A stretch of 64,000 bases of DNA from an uncultured delta proteobacterium (GTDB lineage: Bacteria; Myxococcota_A; Polyangia; Polyangiales; Polyangiaceae), in contig CAWJCS010000001.1 in NCBI GenBank assembly GCA_963841435.1, positions 96,001 to 160,000 of the forward strand. The letters are read 5' to 3'. Under the pieces are notes generated by a model. The model saw nothing but the letters and a program-made list of their open reading frames with translations, ran no database searches and had not been told where the DNA came from. Position numbers and translations under genes: made by a program. Below are positions 42,802-52,601 of the stretch, piece after piece. Position 1 is the first letter of the stretch. Every line of letters begins with the position of its first letter.

Positions 42802-43661
42802 TGCACGTCCAAGGCGACGTACGACGCGTGGAGGGACTTTTGCCCCGGGACTTCGTGGAGACGTACGAGCCCGTCGACGAGCCCATCGTGATCGCCGGAG
42901 CCGTGCTCGATTGGCCGGCCGTAGCGCTCTGGTCGCCCGACTACCTGAAAAAGCGCCTCGGCTCGATCTCTCTGCCGTCGAAGCTCTCGAGCACCCACCA
43001 ACACCCGAACTTTCACGCCCGAACACTCGCCGAGGCCTTTGCGCGCGATACGACCACGCTGTCGGAGCTCGTCGATGCCGTGACCACGGGTCCGCGCGAA
43101 GAGCGAGCGCGACGGCTGTTCACGGGTGACGAGCGCTTCGTGCTGCGGCAGCGCGACGGCACGGTGACACTCGACCCGGAGCTCTCGGTACTCTACCGCA
43201 ACGTCGAGCTTCCGAGCTTCATCGCCCGGGAGCGCCTGTACACGGTGTGGGCCTGGCTGAGCGGTCCCGGCGTGAGGACGTGGCTCCACTACGACAACAA
43301 CGGGTGCCACAACCTCAACGCGCAGATCACCGGGCGAAAACAGTGCCTACTGTTTTCGCCCGAGCAGATCGAGTGCCTCTACCCGTTCGCCCCCGGCGGT
43401 CCGAACCCAGCGACCAATTGCTCGGCGATTGACGTGGAAGCTCCCGATTTCGACCGCTTCCCCCTGTTTCGCGACGCGAGAGCGCTCGTCGCCACGCTCG
43501 AGCCGGGCGATCTGTTGTTCATCCCAGCGTGGTGGTCACATAGCTTCGTGCATCTCGGCGAGTTCAACACGAACATGAACTTCTGGTGGTTGCCGACGAT
43601 GCCGGTCGACAGCGCCGTTGCCCGGCGCGAAGCCGCCATGGCAGCCGCCGGCAAGAGCTGA
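42801..43661 (+). CDS. JmjC/cupin_8 Fe(II)/2-oxoglutarate oxygenase (FIH/JMJD-like)
   Basis: WPA..WS..YL, TWLHYD..HN..QITGRK, LEPGDLLFIPAWWSH; TGATG coupling with the HAD gene. Confidence 0.9.
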   Translation: MHVQGDVRRVEGLLPRDFVETYEPVDEPIVIAGAVLDWPAVALWSPDYLKKRLGSISLPSKLSSTHQHPNFHARTLAEAFARDTTTLSELVDAVTTGPREERARRLFTGDERFVLRQRDGTVTLDPELSVLYRNVELPSFIARERLYTVWAWLSGPGVRTWLHYDNNGCHNLNAQITGRKQCLLFSPEQIECLYPFAPGGPNPATNCSAIDVEAPDFDRFPLFRDARALVATLEPGDLLFIPAWWSHSFVHLGEFNTNMNFWWLPTMPVDSAVARREAAMAAAGKS

Positions 43662-43664
43662 CCC

Positions 43665-45029
43665 TCACTTTTCGTGCCACGCCTTGAGCTGTACGAACGC
43701 GTCGATGCCGTAGGTCGATAGCGTCGATCCGATACCCGAGTGCTTGCGGCCGGTCCACGGCAGGCGAGGGCTCACGCGATCGCAGGCATTGACGTACACC
43801 GTGCCCGCGTTGACGCGCGCGAGCAGCCGCTCGGCCCGCGCCACGTCGCGCGTGTAGACGCCTGCGGTCAGTCCGTAGTCGGTGTCGTTCATCAGGCTCA
43901 CGGCGCCGTCGTCGCTCTGCACCGTTTGCACGCCAATCACGGGGCCGAAGCTCTCCTCGCGCATGAGCAGCATGGCGTGCGTCGCGCCTGCGATCACGGT
44001 CGGCTCGTAGTAGAAGCCGGGCCGCGCCGCGCGCTTGCCACCGCTCAGCACACGGCCGCCTTTGGCGACGGCGTCGGCGACCTGAGCGTCCAGCACGTCG
44101 AGCTGGGCCTCGCGCGCGAGCGGACCGATGTACGTCTCGGCGTCCTCGGGGTCACCGAGCTTCATGCCGCGCACGGCGGCGACGAAGGCCTCGAGGAAAG
44201 GGGCTTCCACGGCTTGGTGAACGTAGAGTCGCTCCACCGAGCAGCAGCTCTGCCCCGTGTTGTACATGGCCCCGTCGGCGAGGCTCTCGGCCGCGCTCGC
44301 AACGTCGGCGTCGTCGGCGACGTAGGTCGGATCCTTGCCGCCGAGCTCGAGGCCGAAACGCACGAGACGGGGCGCGAGGCGCTCGGCGATGCGGCGCCCC
44401 GTGGCGTAGCTGCCCGTGAAGAACACGCCGTCGAGCGCTTCCTCGACGAGCGCGCCACCGACTTCGCGCCCGCCGATCACGGCGATGAAAACGTCGGGGG
44501 GGACGCCCGCCTCGTGCAAGAGCGCCTCGATGGCGCCGCCCGTCCGCGTGGCGTTTTCGGAGGGCTTGTAGAGCACGGCGTTACCGGCGAGCAGCGCGGG
44601 GACGAAGACGTTCGAGCCCACGAACCACGGGTAGTTCCACGCCGAAATGTTGGCGATGACGCCGAGCGGCTCCTTGCGGATCAACTCGCGGAGCGCGCCG
44701 TCGGGCTGGTCGAGCACCACCGTTTCGGCGAGCACCTTCTCGGTCTCGCCGAGGAAAAAGTCGAGGCGCCCTGCCATGGCCGAGAGCTCGTTTTTCGACT
44801 GCGTGATGGGCTTTCCCATGTCGCGCGTCAGCGCGAGGGCGAGCCTGTCGCGACGCTCGGCGATGAGGTCGCGAAAGCGTGCGATCGCGGCGAGGCGCGT
44901 CGCGAGCGGCGTTGCCGCCCAGCCGGGCTGCGCGACGCGGGCCCGGTCGACGGCGAGCGCGACGGACCCCTCGTCGTCCTCCGGCACCTCGCCCGCGGGC
45001 TCGCCGGTCGCGGGATTGATGAGCTGCAT
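43665..45029 (-). CDS. Aldehyde dehydrogenase
   Basis: AWNYP, KPSE, FTGS, LELGGK, GQSC, EESFGP. Confidence 0.95.
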   Translation of the reverse strand: MQLINPATGEPAGEVPEDDEGSVALAVDRARVAQPGWAATPLATRLAAIARFRDLIAERRDRLALALTRDMGKPITQSKNELSAMAGRLDFFLGETEKVLAETVVLDQPDGALRELIRKEPLGVIANISAWNYPWFVGSNVFVPALLAGNAVLYKPSENATRTGGAIEALLHEAGVPPDVFIAVIGGREVGGALVEEALDGVFFTGSYATGRRIAERLAPRLVRFGLELGGKDPTYVADDADVASAAESLADGAMYNTGQSCCSVERLYVHQAVEAPFLEAFVAAVRGMKLGDPEDAETYIGPLAREAQLDVLDAQVADAVAKGGRVLSGGKRAARPGFYYEPTVIAGATHAMLLMREESFGPVIGVQTVQSDDGAVSLMNDTDYGLTAGVYTRDVARAERLLARVNAGTVYVNACDRVSPRLPWTGRKHSGIGSTLSTYGIDAFVQLKAWHEK

Positions 45030-45097
45030 GTGTCCCCATTCTACTCCCGCGCAAGGGCCGCGGGGGTGCCGCTCGCTTCGCGGAGCCGTGCGGCCGT

Positions 45098-46285
45098 TCA
45101 GCCGAGCGCGCGCGTGAAGAGGTCCACGAAGTCGTGCTGCTGGACGGCCCGAGGGTTGTTCGCGTGGCACCCGTCGTGGACGGCGATCTCGACGAGCCTC
45201 GGGAGGTGTTCGGCGCGCACGCCGACCTCGGAGAGCGTGGACGGAATGCCCACGGTCGCGCGGAGTGTTTCGAGATAGCGCACGAACCCCGCGGCGTCGT
45301 GGCGTTCCGCGCCGGCGGCTCGCGCGAGGTCGCCCAGGCGGTCCGCCGCGACGCTCGCATTGAAGGTCATGGCGTACGGGATGGCGATGCCGTTCGCGAG
45401 CCCGTGGTGCAGGTCGCAGACGGTCGAGAGCGCGTGCGCGAGCGAGTGGGTCACGCCGAGCCCCTTCTGGAACGCGACGGCTCCCATCATCGCGGCGTTC
45501 AGCATCAGGCCTCGGGCCTCGAGATGCGCGGGGTCATCGAGCAGACCTCGCTCGCCCTGCTCGACGCGGCGCGCGAAGTCGACGGCGGGGACGAGCGCAC
45601 GTGCGACGAGCCGCACGCCCTCGAGCGCGATGCCGTCGCAGAGCGGATTGAAGCCACGCGCCAGGTACGATTCGACGAGGTGCGTGAGCGCGTCCATGCC
45701 CGTTGACGCCGTGATGGCCGCGGGAAGCCCGAGCGTGAGCTCCGGATCGAGCAGCACGTGCTTGGCCAGGAGCCGTGGCGAAAACACGATTTTCTTCACG
45801 TGCGTGACCTCGTCCGAGATCACGGTGCTGCGCCCCACCTCGCTGCCGGTTCCCGCCGTCGTGGGAATCGTGACGAAGAAGGGGATCTCCCGGTCGATGG
45901 GGCGCGCTCCGGGCTTCTCGTCCTCGTAGTCGAAGAGCTCGCCCGGGTGGTGCACCATGAGGATGACGGCCTTGGCGACGTCGATGGCAGCGCCGCCGCC
46001 GATGGCGACGACGGCGTCGGCACCGTGCGCTCGGTACGCCGCGACGCCCGCCGTGACCTGCGACGCGACGGGATTGCCCCACACGCCCGAAAACACCGAC
46101 ACGGCGAAGCCCTCGCCGGCTAGCCGCGCTTCGGTCTTCGTGACGGGCGCGAGCGGCGCGAGCCCGCGGTCGGTCACCACGAGCGGTCGCGCGAGGCCCG
46201 CACCCCTGAGCACGGCCCCTAGCTCCGTGACCGCGCCCGGGCCGTACTTGATGTGTGTGGGGAACGAGTACGAAAAAAGCGCCAT
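45098..46285 (-). CDS. Iron-containing alcohol dehydrogenase
   Basis: GGGAAID, PTTAGTGSE, GMDALTH, HSLAH, HHG. Confidence 0.95.
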   Translation of the reverse strand: MALFSYSFPTHIKYGPGAVTELGAVLRGAGLARPLVVTDRGLAPLAPVTKTEARLAGEGFAVSVFSGVWGNPVASQVTAGVAAYRAHGADAVVAIGGGAAIDVAKAVILMVHHPGELFDYEDEKPGARPIDREIPFFVTIPTTAGTGSEVGRSTVISDEVTHVKKIVFSPRLLAKHVLLDPELTLGLPAAITASTGMDALTHLVESYLARGFNPLCDGIALEGVRLVARALVPAVDFARRVEQGERGLLDDPAHLEARGLMLNAAMMGAVAFQKGLGVTHSLAHALSTVCDLHHGLANGIAIPYAMTFNASVAADRLGDLARAAGAERHDAAGFVRYLETLRATVGIPSTLSEVGVRAEHLPRLVEIAVHDGCHANNPRAVQQHDFVDLFTRALG

Positions 46286-46403
46286 GGCTTACCTGATCGT
46301 GACCGGAAGCCGTCGTCAATTGCCCGCGACAAACCGGCGGGACGGGCGCCGCTGGCTTGGGCTCACCCGAGCCGCCGCGTCGCCGCCGCTTGCAGCGCCG
46401 CGG

Positions 46404-47774
46404 CTAGATGATCTCGAAGTACCTGGCGAGCTCCCAGTCGCTCACGGCGCGGCCGAACTGCCGCCATTCCCAGTGTCGCGTCGCCGCGAAGTGCTCCACG
46501 AACGCGTCGCCGAAGAGCTCTCGCGCGATTTTGCTCTTCTCGAAGCGAACCGTGGCCTCGAACAGATTCGACGGCAACGGCGCGCCCTTCTTGTCTGCAT
46601 AGCCGCTTCCCGTCACCGGGTCGGGCGGCAAGAGCTCGTGCTCGATGCCGTAGAGCCCGCTCGCGAGCGCGGCCGCGAGCGCGAGGTAGGCATTCGAGTC
46701 CGCGCCGTTCACGCGCGTCTCGAGTCGGGTCCCTTGTTTGCTCCCGACGATGCTGCGAAGCGCCGTCGTGCGGTTGTCGACGCCCCAGTTGGCGCGCGTC
46801 GGAGCCCAGGCGCCTTCGACGAGGCGCTTGTAGCTGTTGATGGTGGGCGCGTAGAGCGGGAGGATCTCGGGCATCAGCTGGAGCTGCCCGGCGACGTAGT
46901 GCTCGAAGAGCTTGCTCATGCCGCGCTCCGACTTGCCGTCGTAAAAGACGTTCTTCTCGGACTTGAGATCCCACAGGCTCTGGTGCACGTGGCCGCTCGA
47001 GCCCGGCAGGTCGGCGCGCCACTTGGCCATGAAGGTGGGCATGATGCCGAAGCGGTGGGCGATTTCCTTCGACCCCGCCTTGAAGAGCACGGCGCGGTCG
47101 GCCGCCTCGAGCGCCGGAGCGTAGCGAATGGCGGCTTCGAGGACGCCGGGGCCCGTCTCGGTGTGGAGCCCCTCGATGGGCACGCGGAAGCGCGCCATCT
47201 CGTCCATCAGCGCGTTCACGTAGTCCTTGTGCTGGTTCAGGCGCAAAAGCGAGTAGCCGAACATTCCCGGCGTGATGGGCTGGGGACGCACGTGGCCACG
47301 ATCGGCGAGCGCCTGTGGCGTCTCGCGAAAGTGGAAAAATTCGTATTCGAACGCCGCGACGGCGTCGTAGCCCGCCTCCCGAACCCGCCCGAGCACCCGC
47401 CTGAGCAGCTGCCGCGGGCAGATGGCGAGCGGTCCTCCCGCTCGGTCGACGAACTCGCCCAGAAGGAACGGGACGCCGCCGTCCCACGGCACTTCGCGGT
47501 ACGTGTCCGGATCGAGGCGCACGTCGGCGTCGGGGTAGCCCGTGTGCCAGCCCGTGTAGGTCGCGTTGTCGTAACAGGCGTCGCCCGCGTCCCAGCCGAA
47601 CACGACGTTGCAGAACCCGAAGCCGCTCTTCAGCGCCGACTTGAGCTTGTCGGGGTGGAGGTATTTCCCCCGCAGCACCCCATCGATATCGGTGATCGCG
47701 ACCTTGGCTTTCGTCGCGTGTGCTTTTTCGAGCTTCGCGAGCGTGTCACGGCCCGCCGATGCCGATTGACCCAT
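46404..47774 (-). CDS. Glutamine-synthetase-like protein (probable gamma-glutamyl-amine ligase)
   Basis: DIDGVLRGK, EYEF, HTETGPG, FMAK, GSSGHVHQS, NSYKRL, DNRT, RLETR. Confidence 0.9.
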   Translation of the reverse strand: MGQSASAGRDTLAKLEKAHATKAKVAITDIDGVLRGKYLHPDKLKSALKSGFGFCNVVFGWDAGDACYDNATYTGWHTGYPDADVRLDPDTYREVPWDGGVPFLLGEFVDRAGGPLAICPRQLLRRVLGRVREAGYDAVAAFEYEFFHFRETPQALADRGHVRPQPITPGMFGYSLLRLNQHKDYVNALMDEMARFRVPIEGLHTETGPGVLEAAIRYAPALEAADRAVLFKAGSKEIAHRFGIMPTFMAKWRADLPGSSGHVHQSLWDLKSEKNVFYDGKSERGMSKLFEHYVAGQLQLMPEILPLYAPTINSYKRLVEGAWAPTRANWGVDNRTTALRSIVGSKQGTRLETRVNGADSNAYLALAAALASGLYGIEHELLPPDPVTGSGYADKKGAPLPSNLFEATVRFEKSKIARELFGDAFVEHFAATRHWEWRQFGRAVSDWELARYFEII

Positions 47775-47956
47775 GAAGGGGAGCCTATGTCGATCCTCCG
47801 TCGAGCCACAATTCCGGAGCAAATACCGGCTTCTATCGGGCCTTTTGCCCGGCGGGGCTCTAGCTAGAAGGGGGGAATTTCGCTATGGTGAGGGTACTCT
47901 GCCCCATCGACGCCCGCGCGTCGGTTCCACGCGACTCAAGGACTTGGGAGAATCCG

Positions 47957-49141
47957 ATGCGTCAACACTTGGCTTCTATGTTCATTCCCGTGGCAGCCCT
48001 CGCGCTCGGTGGCTGCTTCACGATCGGCGACGACAACAGCGATGACGACAGCGCTGGGGCGGCCGGCGACAGTAGCGGGGGGACGACCACGAGCGGGGGA
48101 ACCAGCGGCAGCGGCGGCTCGAGCGCAGGTCGAGGGGGGACTTCCGGGCGCGGTGGAACCTCGGGCAGCGGCGGCAGCAGCACGGGTGGCACCGGCGGCG
48201 GCAGCACGGGCGGCACGGGCGGCACGGGCGGCGGCTCGGGTGGAAGCAGTGGCTCCTCGGGCGGTTCCAGCCAGGCGGGGTGTCAGGCTGCCGCGGACAA
48301 GCTCGACAGCTGCGCGTTGCTCGACGGCAGCGTCAACTGCAAAACGGCACCGAGCGACCCACTTTCGGCGTGCGTCTTCGCCTGTTACGGGTCCGCGAGC
48401 TGTTCCGACATCGAGGCCACCGTCTGCACCGGGACCCTCGGAAGCTTCGCCGACTGCGTGAGTGCCTGCCAGGATGTCGAGCTCATGTGCGACGACGGCT
48501 CGTCTTACCCGGCGAGCTGGCGGTGCGACGGTCTCGCGGATTGTCCGAACGGGGAAGACGAGGCGGACTGCGCCGACGTCTTCGACTGCGGCGACGGCAC
48601 TTCGGTCGAGGGCTCGCACGCCTGCGACGGCGTCGTCGACTGCGAGAACGGCGCCGACGAGGCCAACTGCGCCACGTTCGTGTGTCCGGAGCCCCCGCCT
48701 CCGGAGCAGACGGCCACTTGTAGCGAGGCGGCCGCCAATCTCACCGACTGCGGGCTGCTCACGGCGCCGCAGATGACGGGTTGCCTCGACGCCGTGCCGC
48801 AGTCGGCGTGCGCCCTCGGCTGCCTCGCCACGGCGAGCTGCACGGACCTCACCGACTTCTTCTGCAACGGCGGTTCGCCCGTGTCGCTGTCCGACTGCGC
48901 GACGACCTGCTCGACGGCCTCGACGCTCTTTACATGCGGCAGCGGGGAGACGATCGACGGCGGCTGGCAATGCGACGACTACGACGACTGCGCGGACAGC
49001 AGCGACGAAGCGGGCTGCTCCCTCAAGTGCCAGAGCGGCGAGACCGTCCCGTACGCCTACCTGTGTGACGGCTTCTCCGATTGCGAGTCGGGCGACGACG
49101 AGGTCGGCTGCACCGCCGAGTGCGCCGCCGCCGCAAACTGA
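47957..49141 (+). CDS. Lipoprotein with Gly-rich linker and four LDL-receptor class A-like repeats
   Basis: GGGAG RBS; LGGC lipobox; four CD(G/D)..DC....DE..C units. Confidence 0.85.
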   Translation: MRQHLASMFIPVAALALGGCFTIGDDNSDDDSAGAAGDSSGGTTTSGGTSGSGGSSAGRGGTSGRGGTSGSGGSSTGGTGGGSTGGTGGTGGGSGGSSGSSGGSSQAGCQAAADKLDSCALLDGSVNCKTAPSDPLSACVFACYGSASCSDIEATVCTGTLGSFADCVSACQDVELMCDDGSSYPASWRCDGLADCPNGEDEADCADVFDCGDGTSVEGSHACDGVVDCENGADEANCATFVCPEPPPPEQTATCSEAAANLTDCGLLTAPQMTGCLDAVPQSACALGCLATASCTDLTDFFCNGGSPVSLSDCATTCSTASTLFTCGSGETIDGGWQCDDYDDCADSSDEAGCSLKCQSGETVPYAYLCDGFSDCESGDDEVGCTAECAAAAN

Positions 49142-49209
49142 GCACCACGCCGAGGCTCCGCCCGTGGCCCGTCCGGCCGCGGGCGGCGGCGCCGCACGAG
49201 CGGGCTCGC

Positions 49210-50673
49210 TCAGGCGAGCAGGGCGTCGAAGACGCCGGCCTGCATGGTGCTGCCCCCCATGCCCTCGGCCACACCGAACCAGTCGGACTCGATGCCCATC
49301 GCGTTGACGATGGTGTTGAGGAGCTTGTTGTGAGGCGCGAGCTTGTCCTCGTAGGCGTTGCCGTCCTCACCGAGCAATAGGTACTGACCCTGCTTGAAGT
49401 AGTCGCCGCAGCTGCCGCAGAGGATGTACGGCAGATCCGTGTAGGAGTGGGCCTTGCCGTCGGCGAGCTCGTTGGAATAGAGGATGACGGAGTTGTCGAG
49501 CGCGGTCTTGCCGCCGTCCTCCATGTAGGAGTCGAGGCGCGAGAGGAGCCGCGCGAGCTTCGTCTGGTGCCAGGTGTCGATGGCGAAGAGCATGTCCTCG
49601 TAGCCCGCCACGTCGGCGCAGCCGTTGTCGGTGCTGTCGCCGAAGCAGTCGTCCTTGACCTTGCCGTGGGAAAGCTTGTGGTGGTTGTACTCGTGCATCA
49701 TGCCGTCCCAGCGGAACGTGGGACCGCCGGCGCCGCGGTCGAACTGCAGCGTCGCGACGCGCGTGTAGTCGCACGCGAGGGCGAGCGCCATGATGTCGAC
49801 TTGGAGCTCGGCGACGTCGGGGTAGTTCGACTCCATCTCGAGCGTGCGGGCCGGCATACCGTCGTAGGTTGACGTGCGGCTTTCTAGGTCCATGTCGTAG
49901 CAAGTCAGGCCGCTCTCCCCCATCGTCGTCTCGATCTCGCGGATGGCGGTGAAGTGGGCGTCGAGCTTGGCCTTGTCGTCGGCGCTGAGGGGCCCGCGCT
50001 TCAGGTCGTCCATCTGCTCGCTGACGAGGTCGAGCACGCTCTGCCGCCGCTTCGCGATGCGCTCTGCGGCCGCCACGGCCGTGGGGTCCGTGCTGTTCAG
50101 GTTGATGAACGCCGAGTAGGCATTCCAGGGGTTGTTGATGGCCGCGACCGCTTCGCCGGCACCGGTGTAAGAGATGTAGTCGAGCCCCTTGTAGTTGCCG
50201 CGGCGACCGGTCATCAGGTTCAACGCGGGGCGGCCGCTCGGGTTCACTATGTCGGCAATCACGTGGTCGACGGAGCGGCCGAGCGCGAGCCAGTCGGTGT
50301 CGTCGGCGAACTGCGCGGTGAGCTTGTGGGCCATGCCCTTGCCGTGGTCGTCGCCACCGCCGCCGTCGCGGTCGTAGCCGCGCGGGCTCATGTGGACACC
50401 GCGGGGGAAAAGGAGCTTGCCGAGATGCGGCAGGAGCGGCTCGTTCGCCGTGCCCATCAGGTGGGCGGGCGTCAGCGCACCGTAACCGCCGCTCGGGAAC
50501 CAGCGCGCCATGTTCACGCCGTTGCAGGCGAAGAACACGCCGAAACGCTTGATGGCGGCCGCCTGGGCGCCCGCTTGCTTGGCGGCGACAGCCTCGAGGA
50601 ACGGCAGCCCGACGACCGCGCCCCCGAACCCCTGGAGAAAGCGGCGACGGCGAAGCTTGGGAGGCACGATCAT
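49210..50673 (-). CDS. DUF1552 (HXXSHH-type) protein with Tat signal
   Basis: LRRRRFLQG..GLPFLE; SVD; LALACD.TRV; HHKLSH; LDNS; ATGA coupling. Confidence 0.88.
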   Translation of the reverse strand: MIVPPKLRRRRFLQGFGGAVVGLPFLEAVAAKQAGAQAAAIKRFGVFFACNGVNMARWFPSGGYGALTPAHLMGTANEPLLPHLGKLLFPRGVHMSPRGYDRDGGGGDDHGKGMAHKLTAQFADDTDWLALGRSVDHVIADIVNPSGRPALNLMTGRRGNYKGLDYISYTGAGEAVAAINNPWNAYSAFINLNSTDPTAVAAAERIAKRRQSVLDLVSEQMDDLKRGPLSADDKAKLDAHFTAIREIETTMGESGLTCYDMDLESRTSTYDGMPARTLEMESNYPDVAELQVDIMALALACDYTRVATLQFDRGAGGPTFRWDGMMHEYNHHKLSHGKVKDDCFGDSTDNGCADVAGYEDMLFAIDTWHQTKLARLLSRLDSYMEDGGKTALDNSVILYSNELADGKAHSYTDLPYILCGSCGDYFKQGQYLLLGEDGNAYEDKLAPHNKLLNTIVNAMGIESDWFGVAEGMGGSTMQAGVFDALLA

Positions 50674-52415
50674 GGTCCGACCTCGTTCGGAAGGCGCTCG
50701 AGGAACGCGGGAGCGGTCGTGAGCATGGCAACGAGGTCGCGAGCGCCGAGCGAAGCGTCCGCGAGCGATTGCTCGAGCGCCTCGTCGTCTGCCGTGAGCC
50801 GCCGCCCGAATGCGAATTGGATCCAGTTGCCCGCGTAGCAGCCGTGGGCTTCGGGGCTCGTCGCAAGCGCCTGCACGAGCTCGTCGGCACCTTGGAAGCT
50901 CAGCGTCTGGCCGTCGAGTTCGAGCATGCCCGCCGTATCGACGGCAACGCCGTTCTCGGTGGTGCGCGATTGGCCGATGGCGTCGAACGCCTCGAAGGCG
51001 AAGCCGGGTGCGTTGATCTCGCTGTGACAACCAACGCACGTCGGCTGTCCCGTGAGCAGGCTGACCTCCTCGCGCGTGGTCTTCGGAGGGGTGTTGGTCG
51101 CGGGCGGCGGCGTCTGCGAGGCGCCCGGTGGTGGGTCGGGGATCTGGCGACAGAGCACGTTTCTCAGCACGAACAGGCCGCGGTGAATCGGGTCGGTCTT
51201 GATGCTGTAGGCGTTCGACGCCAAAAAACCGACTTGCATCAGCAGGCCCTGGCGCTCACCCGGGTCGAAATCGACGCGCGTGAGGCCGCCCGACACCGTC
51301 TTGCCGTACAGGGGGGCGAGCGCCGAGTCGGCGAACGCGTAGGGCGCCGTCAGGATCGCGCTCAGGCCGCCGCCCGTCGCGAAGATCTCCTGAATGAAGC
51401 GCTCGGAGGCGTCCTCGGTGCGCGTGATCATGTCGGCGGGCGCGTTCGGGTAGGTGCTCTTGTCGGGCGAGATGCGCCCGTAGCGGGAGAATTGGAACGC
51501 CTGCGAGTGGAAGGAGATCGCTTTGGTCGTGGCGCGCGGATCGGCGAGCAGGCGCGCGGCCTGGGCGCGCACGGCGTCCGCGGCACCGAGCGCGCCGTCG
51601 TCGGCGAGCGTGGCGAGCTCGGTGTCGGGCAGGGTGTCCCAGATCGTGTAGGAGAGCCGCGCGGCGAGCTCGTAGGAGTCGAGCGCAATCAGCCCGTCGC
51701 CGCCGACCTCGTCACTGAGCTCGGTGCGATAGAGAAATTGCGGTGCCTGCAGCATGGCCTCGACCACGAGGCGCACGCCGTCGTCGAAATCGTTGCCGCT
51801 CGCGACGAGCGCCGGGCCCTGGTCGAACAGCGCGCGGAAGCGGGTGGCCTCCGTGCTCGTGAGCGGCCGGCGGAACGCCTTGCGACCGAAGCTCGTGATG
51901 AAGGAGTCGGCGCAGCTGGAATCGGTCCCAGCGCACGGAACGACGCGCGCCCGCACGGCGGCGTCCGAAACCGCGCGTGCCCCGAGCGACTCGGCCGCCG
52001 CGCGGTACTGGGGTCCGAGGCGTGCGTCGACGCGGAAGTCGGCGCTCGTGTCGTAAGAAAAGCCGTTCAGCGCGTCGGGCGCGAACTCGGCCGTGGGGTC
52101 GTCCGTAATACCGAACAGATCGTCCACCGTGTTCTTGTACTGTTCGTGCGTGAGGCGGGCGATGCGCGTCGCCGGCGAAACACCGCCGAGCCCGGGCTGA
52201 CCGCTCGTGCCGCTCGTGCCGCTCGTGCCGCTCGTGCCGGCGCTGCCACCACTACCGCCGCGCCCGGAGTTGCCGCCCGAGCCCGTGCCACCACTCGCCG
52301 AGCTGCCGCCCGAGGCCGGCGTGTCTTCCGTGTCGCGAGTGACCGTGCCGCTGCACGCGAGCAGCGCCGAGCAGGCGAGCGGAACCAACAGCTCGAGACG
52401 AAGACGGACCCGCAT
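50670..52415 (-). CDS. DUF1587/1595/1592/1588-domain lipoprotein with a CxxCH motif
   Basis: LLAC lipobox; RLT..QY.NTV.DL, KAFRRP, PQFLYR, ELAARLSY, PIHRG, CVGCH..N.PGFAFE.FD. Confidence 0.9.
   Translation of the reverse strand: MRVRLRLELLVPLACSALLACSGTVTRDTEDTPASGGSSASGGTGSGGNSGRGGSGGSAGTSGTSGTSGTSGQPGLGGVSPATRIARLTHEQYKNTVDDLFGITDDPTAEFAPDALNGFSYDTSADFRVDARLGPQYRAAAESLGARAVSDAAVRARVVPCAGTDSSCADSFITSFGRKAFRRPLTSTEATRFRALFDQGPALVASGNDFDDGVRLVVEAMLQAPQFLYRTELSDEVGGDGLIALDSYELAARLSYTIWDTLPDTELATLADDGALGAADAVRAQAARLLADPRATTKAISFHSQAFQFSRYGRISPDKSTYPNAPADMITRTEDASERFIQEIFATGGGLSAILTAPYAFADSALAPLYGKTVSGGLTRVDFDPGERQGLLMQVGFLASNAYSIKTDPIHRGLFVLRNVLCRQIPDPPPGASQTPPPATNTPPKTTREEVSLLTGQPTCVGCHSEINAPGFAFEAFDAIGQSRTTENGVAVDTAGMLELDGQTLSFQGADELVQALATSPEAHGCYAGNWIQFAFGRRLTADDEALEQSLADASLGARDLVAMLTTAPAFLERLPNEVGP
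52201..52239 (-). repeat. 9-bp tandem repeat (CCGCTCGTG) x4 encoding a (GTS)n linker
   Basis: Read directly from the sequence. Confidence 0.9.
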
Positions 52416-52601
52416 CGGACTTTCATTATGACAGGTTCCGCCGGGCGTCGCCGCCAGAAGCCGCATGGCAACGGCCTTCCACACGCACCTACATCGGCGT
52501 CGTCTCGCGCACCATGCCGCCAGATCTTCTAGGCTGAGTGCTCTTTGCGCGGCGGAATGCGTCCATCACGCTCGTGGTTTGCAATTCGGCTGGGACGGCG
52601 C

